A stretch of DNA of 58,460 nt, filler included, from Bipalium vagum (Eukaryota), in assembly GCA_037834085.1 (NCBI GenBank). It is 3 parts of 3 records of this genome, joined end to end, with 100 filler letters (N's around TTAATTAATTAA, not from the genome) between each part and the next. Parts side by side here need not be neighbours in the genome. Positions count along the whole stretch, not along the records: positions 1 to 22,139 come from JBBMKC010226436.1; 2 more parts are not named here. One strand, given 5' to 3'. Positions 11,401 to 20,968 of this stretch are shown one piece after another (position 1 is the stretch's first letter; every line of letters begins with the position of its first letter). The notes below the pieces were generated by a model. The model did no database searches, was not told the DNA's origin, and was given only the letters and a program-made list of their open reading frames with translations. The position numbers were made by a program, and so were the translations under genes.

Positions 11401-13129
11401 GGAAATATTCCGACACTGAAATGAAACCGAACAGACGGACATCTTCATTCAATTTGCTAATGGTGTCAAACGCGTGTTTTCCATGTTTTTTCACACTTTT
11501 TCCATTAATAATCACATTTCCGCTAGTTATCGATTGGAAACCGGAAATCATGTTGAGAAACGTCGTTTTTCCCGATCCATTCGGTCCGAGAATTGTTGTA
11601 ATTTTGTTCCGCCGAAAATCGGTTGTAATTCCCTTGATGAGAACGTTCCATGATCCATTCTGATGAATTGCCTTGATAAGTTTTTTCACCGAGATTATGT
11701 AATCAGATTTCGGAAAATCATATCGATTATGAAACAACTTTTTCTCCGGGAAATCTTTAAAATCCACGGAGTTGTTGGGTGTTTTGTATTTGCGATCACG
11801 CTTTTTCGATTTTTTCCTCTTGTAACGCCTCATCTTGGGAATGTATTGAACGAAAATATCCTTTACAAAGTTCATGAAAACGATTACGAGAACATAGAGA
11901 CAGGAATGAGCCAATTGAAAGTAAACAGTCATTTGAAAATTGAAACAGCTCTGTCTATCATTTTGGAAAGTTGAGAAATCATTGATAAAAAATCTGTGGT
12001 ACGATTGACTTTTCTCCAAAATGCTCAGGGACCAGTTTATAGCGAAAATTGGTGACAGACACATAAAATATTGGAAGCCACAGTTAATACCATCATTGTC
12101 TGCAAAGACGAACATGAACAACAGTTGGGGCGTGATTATGATGACGAAAAAGTACAGAGTGTTGTAAACGGAAATATTGAATTCTGATAATACGATTCCC
12201 AATAGCAAAATGGTTTTCGTGTTACACAAAAAGATCAGGAGCAATGAATGACAGTGGATTGTGTGAATAATTTTTGAGCCCAAGAGATTGGTGCACATGG
12301 TCACCATGGTAGCAACATAGATTGTGAAACAAACTACTTGGTAAATTGAAAAAATTATTACATAATTAAGTATGGCATACCACTTTTCCAGTGATATTTG
12401 TGACTTTTTGCTCAACCGTCTCACAGTTTTGATGTGCAAAAGAATGGAGCCTAACAAGAAATAGTAGAATAATGTTTGCATACTTGACCAGGGAATTTTG
12501 TAAAATATTGAATTAGGTAGGACTGTTATGCTCAAATTAGGAACGGATTCGTGAGATCTTGCTGAATACATGGAACATTTCATGAAGTACATTAAGGTTA
12601 AATATACCGATTGCATGTCTTGAGACAGTGAAATCTCACTTCCGTATTTGCCCAAAATGTGGGAAATGTAAGTTATTCCGATAATGTCGTTAGCTGTTAA
12701 ATTCACAGTATCAACAAAAGACTTTTGATTATTTAGATAAGTTCCCAATTCCATTGATTCTATTTCTAAAGATAATAAAGTTTGCTTAAACTCTAACAAT
12801 TTTTTCCATGCATTTTGAACGGGTTTCATGCTGTAAGGGTTCTCAAATGCTTGAATTTTAGGTTTCAATGTCATATTTTTGAAAATATTGGTTAATAAAG
12901 GTGTTTCTGGAGCATATAAAATAAAAAATTCAGGTCGGGGAAATGTTTCATATAGCTGTAATTCTATAAATTCCGGCTCAATTTTCTTTATGATATCACT
13001 GAAACTTGACATAATGAAAGGATTAACAAAAAAAAAGGAGAAAAGAAAAGGGATATAATTTTTACCAAGTGATATGTTTATTCTATAGTAAAAATGTATA
13101 AGTTTAAAAAAATGGAATTTTTTGTCCAT
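8432..13129 (-). CDS. Intronless full-length ABCA-subfamily transporter-like protein (TMD-NBD-TMD-NBD), both NBDs degenerate
   Basis: Uninterrupted 1565-aa ORF with two hydrophobic TMD blocks, Walker A GPNGSGKTT and GRNNTGKTH, Walker B/D-loop IVLLDDPMEGLD and LIIMDDPLSKLD, ABCA-like 'LGYYLTI' after NBD2 and 'FRRYPNRLIMKFLLP' at the start of TMD2. Confidence 0.9.
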   Translation of the reverse strand: MDKKFHFFKLIHFYYRINISLGKNYIPFLFSFFFVNPFIMSSFSDIIKKIEPEFIELQLYETFPRPEFFILYAPETPLLTNIFKNMTLKPKIQAFENPYSMKPVQNAWKKLLEFKQTLLSLEIESMELGTYLNNQKSFVDTVNLTANDIIGITYISHILGKYGSEISLSQDMQSVYLTLMYFMKCSMYSARSHESVPNLSITVLPNSIFYKIPWSSMQTLFYYFLLGSILLHIKTVRRLSKKSQISLEKWYAILNYVIIFSIYQVVCFTIYVATMVTMCTNLLGSKIIHTIHCHSLLLIFLCNTKTILLLGIVLSEFNISVYNTLYFFVIIITPQLLFMFVFADNDGINCGFQYFMCLSPIFAINWSLSILEKSQSYHRFFINDFSTFQNDRQSCFNFQMTVYFQLAHSCLYVLVIVFMNFVKDIFVQYIPKMRRYKRKKSKKRDRKYKTPNNSVDFKDFPEKKLFHNRYDFPKSDYIISVKKLIKAIHQNGSWNVLIKGITTDFRRNKITTILGPNGSGKTTFLNMISGFQSITSGNVIINGKSVKKHGKHAFDTISKLNEDVRLFGFISVSEYFQLIIHRNGTNVGLLQKRLKEFIKICDLKTYFTTALENCPLSIVRVVNIICSFLSDRPIVLLDDPMEGLDWIWKQNVCALLINQKLSKTIIYTSANANIIEYNSDSVLVLVNGHKVAHTDTENFTTNKILYKLLCSMEPGFNDQTLKMYIRKNFPMIRYDEMSHGIAYFSVPKIDIDIIWNLSNLLNLDGKKIGIFRYKFLAVNMCQMLANAYDRFLKNKKYKFKEIQTKFEKCDLVPEKIRHRSLLFKRYFSMIVFHRILIFRRYPNRLIMKFLLPIIVLIIWVNTVSFNHPTVLFLDNGFLLTDYLEGIHENHQIFVACKGTTYECQLIFNNFTTKFHFVRNIFQFYYDNTQKGLETFEKMLYDQGERNYLSYNNFTLFAAFFTISLNNVINATILTNDIETRILAINIADKIMMFPKYLNISRFERIDLDVQEFAVEINYLLRLIMVILLAFSLSTYRYVAQNANRKFYVIHNLAGIHFSIIHLPTYFIDIFLYLLMTCFMILFLYVINDYRLTNIKGDTMNLMSVFLLFALADSSFKLLLQYLSNYNPILMFILNCIDIFIIFYLNAIYMINYVIKIQKFSYGGLKLKDTKYYSLDKMFKFIFPAANLNAALKPAIKNDIENLKGMLIVQWIVYLFILFVCHYHGYKFKEYYNSFHFGTFPFKQEKEKYISTNHSFLALNNVSLVLDKKRYFEKINIEFKPGAVWGIIGRNNTGKTHLLNIILGKVHPTTGGVYLFNHLICILGFKKNNVRVGYCSEKLFYISDLTVEETLIYWSRLKLQSEENLDNILDDLLTVLLLNNDRSFRVKDLTKTNIKKLNIAISFIGFPELIIMDDPLSKLDTLSIQGVIYLIEKAKSNNCTLLITAPEVTELKQVLTNILILANDKLEFHGKFVEAILQSKLGYYLTIFISQDNWKDDLIESMTSLISRRFANSFLFKTYDSYCVYFLPFQDLRQPNTTAILIFMETIRNKFKIDRYLTKYDVFFAN

Positions 13130-15242
13130 TTAATATAATTATTTGTATACGATACAGTTAAACAACGTAAAAAATTAATTTCAAAGATTGTACATTTAAA
13201 AAATGCATTGTTTCTGGTAAATTTTCTTAATTTTTAAAATAATTACTTTATATTTATTAGTTTGTAAAGAGGAAGAAATTTTTTTTGATATTTTCTAAAA
13301 ATCTTTAAAACAAATACAGTCAGACCTGTCTACAAGAAACACTTCAAAATACAAAATTTAACTTGTTCGATAGAATTATAAGTAAAGTAACCAAAATTGA
13401 AAATTTTTTCGTAAAAAGTGCAAAATTTCTTAATATTGCAAAATTTGAAAATTATTATAAAAGGATGTAATTACTTTGTAAAAATATTGAACAATTTTCA
13501 AAACCTATTTAGAAAAATTTTTATTAAAAATTAGATATGGATTACAAAAAGTTATTCAATTGTACAGGTATTTGTATTATTCAATCTTTGAAAATAGGAA
13601 ATAAAATAATTTCCTAGATTTTCCGGTTTAAAATGTCTCTAAGATAATAATAATAATGGCTTTTATCATTGAAAAAATTCTTTCGATTTAAATTGAAATT
13701 GAAGAAGCACAATTCATGATATTGGTGTAATCGTTTAGAGATATATTTGGATTTTTCAAAAATTTTGAGAATGAATTTAATTATTATTATTATTATAATT
13801 ATTATTATTTGTTATTATTATTATTATATATTTTACTTTCTAAATTAATAAAAAATGATTATATTTTTGATTCATATGAAAATTAAATAAATAACCAAAT
13901 TCTTCTTTTTCAATAAAATGAGATATAATTTTCAAATAAATTTGTAATTTATCTTTTTTAGAAATTTCAAATAAAATTAAAAATTTGTATAATTTTTCAT
14001 TGATCTTAATGCTAATTCAAAAAACGTTTTAGATAAATATATTGTCTAACATTTATTATGTCTTCCTCTAGTAAAATACATTTTCATATTATGTTGATTT
14101 TTTTCATTTATTATTATTAAATATTATAAGGAGTGATTCGAACAATCAGTTATTTTGAATTTTTTTAAAATAAGGACCTCACGCCTAGATTAACAATTAT
14201 TAAATGTTTTAATTTAAAGTTTTTAAAAATTCTAATGTTACGTTTTTTAAATTTTTAAATAAATATTTTAAATAAATGTTGGTTAATTTTAAATTGTAAT
14301 AAAAGGTGAGGTTTGAAAAGTTTGTTTGATTAATCTGATTTAATGAAATATATTATTTTTGTTTCGACTTTGAATTCTTATTTAAAAATGACTACAAAAG
14401 AATATAAATAATATTTTTTAAAAATTATAAATTGATCAAGAGAATATTTTCGTTTATTAATTTCACAACCTCCTTCTCTTTTTATTTCATTTTTTTTTCA
14501 ATTAATAATATTAGCTAGATACATTTTTCATGAAATAACAATAACTTTTCAAAGCTTTTATATCATAATCTTTATTCTATCGATTATTATAAATATATGA
14601 ATAATATTTTTTCAATTAAGGATTTTAAATAATTTGTTAATATACAATATCCTCCAACATCTGGTTTTGTAAAAAGATTTTATTACCAATTTTTATTAAA
14701 TCAAAAGGATAACCATTTAATATTAATTTATTATTTTTTTCAATTGATGGCAAAAGAGTTTTTTATAATTCTTTTTTTAAAATTGAAAAATTTCTTAAAG
14801 TTAAATTTTTTATCATATTGTGGAGGTTTGTCTATTTTTTCTGTAAAATTTTTTTCTTCTATTCTTTTTTGCCCTTCAATTTCTTCAATTATAGAAATCT
14901 TTTTCTCTGTTTGTTCTTTTTCATTTTGTAATTTTTTTTATCAGTTATAGGTTTATGAAAAATTGATAAATCATGTTGTATTCCATTTTGTAACTGTCAT
15001 TGATTTATTATCTTATAATTATATTCTTTTCTTTTTGCTATTAGTTTTTGTAGTATCTCAATTTCTTTTTTTATTATCAATAACATTTTGTTTTGGATTC
15101 ATTTTTAAAAAACATATAAATGTTTCCATTAAAATTTTTTAAAAAATTAATTTATTTTAAAAAATTGAATAACCAAGAATATTTCGAAAAGTAATATAAG
15201 AATTATTCACCTCAATAATCAGAAATCAACAATGTAAAACTT

Positions 15243-15796
15243 GTGAGAAATCCTACAAGTTTCCACGTATTAGATGAATTAAACCAACAATTAGATAGTT
15301 CAATTGATTTAACCAACCTCGATTTCATAAGAACTGTATATTATCAAGTAAGACAATTGTTTAGATTTCAAATGAATAACAACGATTTTTCTCTTGAATC
15401 ATTTATTCAGTCTTATGATTTTTTTAATGTTAATAAAAATAAAAGTATTTATGAACTTATTGAAAATAACATTAGAGGTTTATATTTTAAAGAATTAGAA
15501 AATGTTACTCAACAAAATTATATGATTTTGCAAGAAAAATTAGATGAAAAAAGAAAATCAAACGGATGGAAAAATTATAATAAATGTGGTGATATTTATA
15601 TATAGAAAGAAATTATTGTGAAAAATGTCATGATAAAACTGTTGCTGACAGCATTCAAGTTGCACAAAATGAATTACCTATTAATTCTTATAAACAATGT
15701 AATTATTGTAATCTTTCTAAACCTTTATATGAATTTGAAATGTGAAGAAATAAATGTAAAGAATGTAGAAATAGTGATAAAAGAAATAGACGTTAA
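15243..15796 (+). pseudogene. Polinton accessory ORF with C-terminal CxxC zinc-ribbon repeats (frameshifted)
   Basis: The 120-aa ORF continues after a frameshift at ~15600 as ERNYCEKCHDK...YKQCNYCNLSKPLYEFEM*RNKCKECRN, resembling the viral K-C-x2-C-x3-KPL-x-EF...C-K-x-C motif. Confidence 0.55.
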
Positions 15797-16005
15797 AATT
15801 ATTATTTTTTTATATTTCTTAAGAATAAAAAATTAATAATAATATCCCCACAAAATTTTATATTTAAAAATAATTGTAGTGGGGATTTTTAAATAATTTT
15901 TAAATTAGTTTTTTTGAAAAATAAAATTTATGACCTTTTAATTTTCTCGTGGCTTTCCACTAAGCTGTTTCACCGTTGCTGTATACTCTTTTTTCATTTC
16001 AATCT

Positions 16006-16618
16006 TTAATTCTCTCTTTCTTTCATTTTTAAATTTTCAATAATATTCCAATTTTTTATTATTTTAATATTTTCTTTACAATCTAGAATTATTTTCTTTG
16101 ATTGTTCAATTTCTTCATTACTTATAATTTTATCTTCTAAAGCTTTTATTTGAAAAATATAAAGTTTATTAATTGAATTTTCTATTGACTCACAATTTTC
16201 TCTATATACCTTTTTTCTTTTCCTTGTAATATTTTTACTTATTGTTTCAGAAATAAATAGATCCAAAGCAGTAAAACTTCCAGTACCAACTGGAATATAA
16301 CTAATATTTTAATTACTAAAGTTAAAAATATGTTAAAATTGTTGTACCAATTCCAACAATTCCAGTTACAATATTGCTTTTTAATTCTAAATGAGAATCG
16401 ATTTTTGTATATTTAAATTTTAATTTTTATAATGAGTTAATAAATCTCCTAATAAATTTTTCTCATTCATAAAATTTTCAATTTTTAATTTTTCAAGTTG
16501 GTCAATTAAAGGATTAGAGAATTGAAGATCCTCTATAAATTTCGTTTTGATTAGAAAATCTATCTGAGTGAAAGTCGGGATAAAGTTTTTCAATAGGAAC
16601 AGTTGGTTCAATTTCCAT
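16006..16618 (-). pseudogene. Polinton-associated small membrane protein (resembles the iridovirus IIV3-029R-like family), frameshifted
   Basis: ATG at 16618 gives MEIEPTVPIEKLYPDF..., then Gly-rich hydrophobic segments (IVTGIVGIGTTILT, IPVGTGSFTAL) and C-terminal KALEDKIISNEE. Family match is from recalled motifs only. Confidence 0.5.
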
Positions 16619-17250
16619 TTTTTTAAAAAAGAAATTTAAAATTTTAGAGAGTATACACAGACTATAAAAAACATAAATAAAATTCATAATGTGTTGAGAA
16701 CAAATTATTATTAATTATTTGGAGTACAAATTGTACTCCAACTATCATGAAGAAAAAAATTGATTTCAATGAATGTGTTGAGATAGACTATAAAAAACAT
16801 TAAACGAAATTTCTTAGAATTTTAATTGTAAACTTTTTCATAAAAACGTCAATTTCTTCCAGCTGATCTTTTAATAAAATATTTTAAAAAATTATAATCT
16901 CATAAATTTTTATATTTGTTGAATTAATTTTAAATTCATAATCACCACTTGATGGAAAAAGTGTTGAATATTTTTCTTCTGAATTATAAAAAATGTGAAT
17001 GTGTTTTAAAATTTAGTGAATTAATACAACGTAAAAATATTATATTAGTTCCTTTATATTTTTCTTCTTGAACAATAGTTTTTCCATTAACTATAAAAAA
17101 ATTCATATAAGTATTATACCAACCAAAAATATGATGCTGATTTGTTGTTCCAAAATTCCTAATATTATTAATGTTGTATTCGTTTTTATCTACAAGTAAA
17201 ACAATTGTAAATTCGTTTTTCAAAAATATTCTTCTTTTTCTATCAAAATA

Positions 17251-18540
17251 CAGAGTGTCCCACAAGTCCCCGTGGAAAGTAAACTTAAATATCTTGAATT
17301 TCAATTCAATCGATTGAAATTCCTATTTATATAATATTAAAGTATGTACGTTTAAGTTTCGTTTTAATATTTAAAATTTAGATTTTACAAATGCCGCTTG
17401 ATTTGAAGTTAAGAATCAAAATTGTAGTTTTAATGGCCAAATTCAACTTAATTTGTGTTGTTCAACGGAAATTAAATGCCGAACTTGGGAAAACCTCACC
17501 AAGTGAAAGTGCTATAAGAGAGACCATCGTTTTTGTGAGATTGGCTCGGTGGAAGATCAAGGCTGATCACTGAAAATGAAGTTCAGAAAATGAGTGAAGT
17601 TATTGAAAGTGAACCACAATGCAGTGTTCAATCTGTTGCAACCACCTGCTCCATTTCTCGAACAACAACTCATCGAATTATGAGAGAATAGTTATCATTA
17701 AAACCCTTTAAGGTTCATTTCACACAGGAATTACATGAGGAGAATTTGTGAGACAGAGTTGAGATGTGCAAAACCCTAGTACCAATGTTAGAAAGTGCGG
17801 ATATTCAGGGAATTATTTTCTTTTCAGACGAAGCAACATTTTACCTAAAAGGATTAGTAAATAAGCATAACGTCAGATATTGATCAGAAAGTAATCCACA
17901 TGTTACTCTTGAAACTGCTAGAAAACCCCAGAAGGTAAATGTTTGGTGTGCTTTGTCAAAAAATAAAATTGTCAGTTCGTATTTCTTTGAAGATGACACT
18001 GTTAATGGCCAAAACTATATAGCAATGCTTCAAGACTATTTTAGGTTTGAAGTGAAGGAAATGTACAAAGTACAGTCTTTGGTATTTCAGCAAAATAGAG
18101 CTTCTGCGCATTTTCATCAAATGTACGACGTATCTTGACTCTGATTTTCCGAATAGGTGGATTGGAAGAGGTGGTTTAATTCGATGGGCTCCATGTTCAC
18201 CAGATTTAACTCCTCTTCACTTCTATTTATTTGGCCATTTAAAGAATAAGATGTACAAATCTGAAATCAAAAATATTGACGATTGGAGAGCAAAAATCAC
18301 CGAAAAAATAAAAAGTCTTACCACGGAAACTTTGAATAGTGTATTTTTAAATATTGTAAAGAGAATGAATTTATGTATATCAGTTAATGGTAGTCATTTC
18401 GAACAAGTGTTGTAAATATTTTTATATGAAATAAAAGTTAAAAGATTTTTCTTTAATTTTATAAAGCAAGCGATTAAATACCTCAATCTGCTTAGGAAAT
18501 ATTTAAGTTTACTTACCACGGGGACTTATCGGATACCCTC
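17251..18540 (+). mobile_element. Full-length but decayed Tc1/mariner of the DD41D (rosa-like) type, nested in the Polinton
   Basis: TA on both sides and ~40-bp imperfect TIRs (CAGAGTGTCCCACAAGTCCCCGTGGAAAGTAAACTTAAATAT vs revcomp GAGGGTATCCGATAAGTCCCCGTGGTAAGTAAACTTAAATAT). Motifs FFSDEATFYL, VNKHNVRY, KVNVWCALS, FQQNRASAH, RWIGRG, WAPCSPDLTPLHFYLFGHLK. Confidence 0.92.
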
Positions 18541-19439
18541 TATGAAGTTGATGCTCGATTAAATTTTTCATAAATTTTTTGTAATCATCAACTGTAAGAA
18601 ATTTTTAAAATTTTATCTTAATAAAATTATTATTATTTATTAATTTCTGAACATCTTCAGATTCATTTGTTTTCTTGTGATTGCATCATATACAATTTTA
18701 TTATTATTTCCTATTGACTTGAAATCTTTTGTATTAGAATATTAAATTTAGTTTGCCATTTTAAAATGATTTCATAAATGATAAAAAATGTGTTCTTAAT
18801 TTTAATAACTTTTATCAAGTTTTATTTCAACATCTTTGATATTTTTAGATCTTCAGGTTTACGTAGTGACATTTCTTTTTCGATTTTTTCAATTTTTATT
18901 AATGTCTTATTTTTTTCTTCAAATATTTTAAATTGATTTTGATTCATTAACTGAATCAAGAGTATTTATCATTTTATTATTATTCATATTTAAAATTCCT
19001 TTCATTTCATCAACAGTAACATTAAACAATTTATTTTCTGATTCTAAGTGAAGCTTATGAATTATTTTCAATAATCTATTTTTAATAAAATTGATTTCCT
19101 CATTTACTTCATTATTTTTACTTTTGTAATCATAAAAATAAGGTGATTTAAAATATGTAAAATCATTATCCATATTTTTATGATTAATTTTTTGCTTATT
19201 TTTTTATTTAAAAAAGGGAGAGATTAAACCTTTAGAAAGCGTAGCTCTGGTCTTTGAATTAACTAAAATTTTATATTTAAAAAATCTATACCCAGAATTA
19301 GATGAAGAAAACAAAAATACATTAGAACAAATTTATGATTATTTGATAATTGAATTTTTGTGAGGACGATTTTTAATCTGATGTGAGAAGCTTCAAATTT
19401 TCTAAAATAACATACTCTAATTCTTCTAAAATTTATTCA

Positions 19440-19620
19440 AATTTTTTCCGTAAAAAAGTTTATAGAAAACATATAAACTTAATTGTCCACAAAAAGCCAA
19501 ATCGGTTTCACTTTGAAAATCAAAATTTTTATATTCTTTAACATGTTTTTCTAAATCTTCAAGTGGTTGTAAACCATAAGAATGGAAATAACAATAATGA
19601 TTTTTTTTTCTATGATTTTA
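19440..19620 (-). pseudogene. Polinton adenain-type cysteine protease, C-terminal remnant
   Basis: Minus-strand translation HYCYFHSYGLQPLEDLEKHVKEYKNFDFQSETDLAFCGQLSLYVFYKL matches the YFDSYG..P / Q...CG pattern. The catalytic His segment was not found. Confidence 0.75.
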
Positions 19621-19691
19621 ATTTTATTTTTACAAAGTTTATTCTATAATTCCTTTAAATCTTTTCTTTCAGATTTCTCTAAACTTTTATA

Positions 19692-20186
19692 TTATGAGCT
19701 ATTTAAAATTTTATCTTTTAATCCCTTTCCAAAATAAGGATTGAAATATAAACCAGTCCCAATAGCTTCGCTTGTTTTGAGTTTTTGTTTTTCCACTTTC
19801 ATTTCAAACTTCTTTTTTTCAAATTCAATCTTTTCTTTCTCTGCATTATTTTTTTGATATTCTTTTGCTCTCTGAACTGCTATTGCAACACTTCCAGTAA
19901 CTCTACCAGCAGCTCCTAAACCTGCAAAGATGGCTCATAAAATTGGAATTAATGGTAGAACTCCACCTGATTTTTGTTCTTCAGCTTGATCGTTAATTTT
20001 GTCTTTTATTTCATTTATTATCTTTTTGGAGAGGTAATATTTTTCCCCGTTAAGAGTTATATATTTAGGTTTACCTACATCGAAAATGTTTTGTAATTTT
20101 GTTTCTGTGATTTCTGTAGTTATTTTTAAATAAGCAAATTGAGTTTTTAAAACTGTTATATGTAGAATATCCCATATTAATATCAT
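19692..20186 (-). pseudogene. Polinton pX-like core/membrane-active protein
   Basis: QKSGG-VLPLIPIL*AIFAGLGAAGRVTGSVAIAV...IGTGLYFNPYFGKGL: adenoviral-protease-type GG cleavage site, hydrophobic Gly/Ala segment and GxGLY..PY motif, with one in-frame TGA. Confidence 0.7.
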
Positions 20187-20659
20187 TTAGAATTTATATA
20201 CGTAATTATATATGTAATTATTTTATATTTTATATTTATATTTATGATTGTAACTGCACTTATATTTATGATTGTAATTGCATTTATATTTTATTTGTTT
20301 AATCTTCCATTATTCAATATTTTAATTATTATTTTAATTGAAATATCTTTAATTTTAGAAAACTAACCAATGAAATGTTACAGAAAAACGGACAATTTTT
20401 GTACAATTCAGTGAAATAAAAATTTCTGTACAAATTTTATTAAAAGATATGTTACATTTATTAACCTTAATTGTTATGTTTAACCTTTTTAAATCTTTTC
20501 TTATAACTAGACTTTAAATAAATTACACATATATATAATTATATAATTATATATATAATTACATGTATATAAATAAATAATTTCAGTAGAGTACTAGAAA
20601 TACCCTCCTAAAAATAAATAAATAAATAAATAATTAGTTTGAACTTCGATATTATTTTT

Positions 20660-20968
20660 TTAAATAATACTTTTCTGTAATTCTGTAAATCTACCAACTA
20701 TTTCTTTTCCATTTAAATCTATAATTTCATAAACAATTGAAGTTGTAAAATAATTTTTATTTATTATAAAAATTTCTTCAGTCTATTTTGCTGTATATCC
20801 TTTTTCAAGTTCATTTTTATATTTAAAAATTCTTAGACGATCTCTAATATGAAATTTATTTTTTAATAATTGAGAAATGGCAGACTTTTATCAGTTGTAT
20901 TAGATTTCAAGATTTTTACTTACTTCTATTGGAGTTATTTTGATTGAAGAATGAATTTTGTTATTATA
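20660..20968 (-). pseudogene. Polinton retroviral-like integrase, C-terminal remnant
   Basis: YNNKIHSSIKITPIEV...KFHIRDRLRIFKYKNELEKGYTAK*TEEIFII...VYEIIDLNGKEIVGRFTELQK*, the characteristic Polinton integrase C-terminal pattern, with internal stops. Confidence 0.88.

Larger units (their letters stand above)
14300..20968 (-). mobile_element. Decayed Polinton/Maverick (adintovirus-like) element remnant
   Basis: Cluster of intronless, extremely AT-rich broken ORFs including a Polinton-type integrase C-terminus, an adenain-like protease and a GG-LPL pX-like protein (listed separately). No pPolB, ATPase or capsid gene recognised. Boundaries approximate. Confidence 0.8.

Noticed and set aside
8962-11974. 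Several + strand ORFs (60-168 aa) overlapping the ABCA gene
   Set aside because: Antisense shadows of a long coding sequence; no motifs.
13010-13012. Downstream ATG (MSSFSD) as the ABCA start
   Set aside because: The upstream 39 codons supply the N-terminal helix and first hydrophobic segment expected in ABCA, so 13129 was kept. Not proven.
19935-19937. In-frame TGA in the pX-like ORF as readthrough or selenocysteine
   Set aside because: The surrounding element has many stops and frameshifts; most simply GGA to TGA decay.
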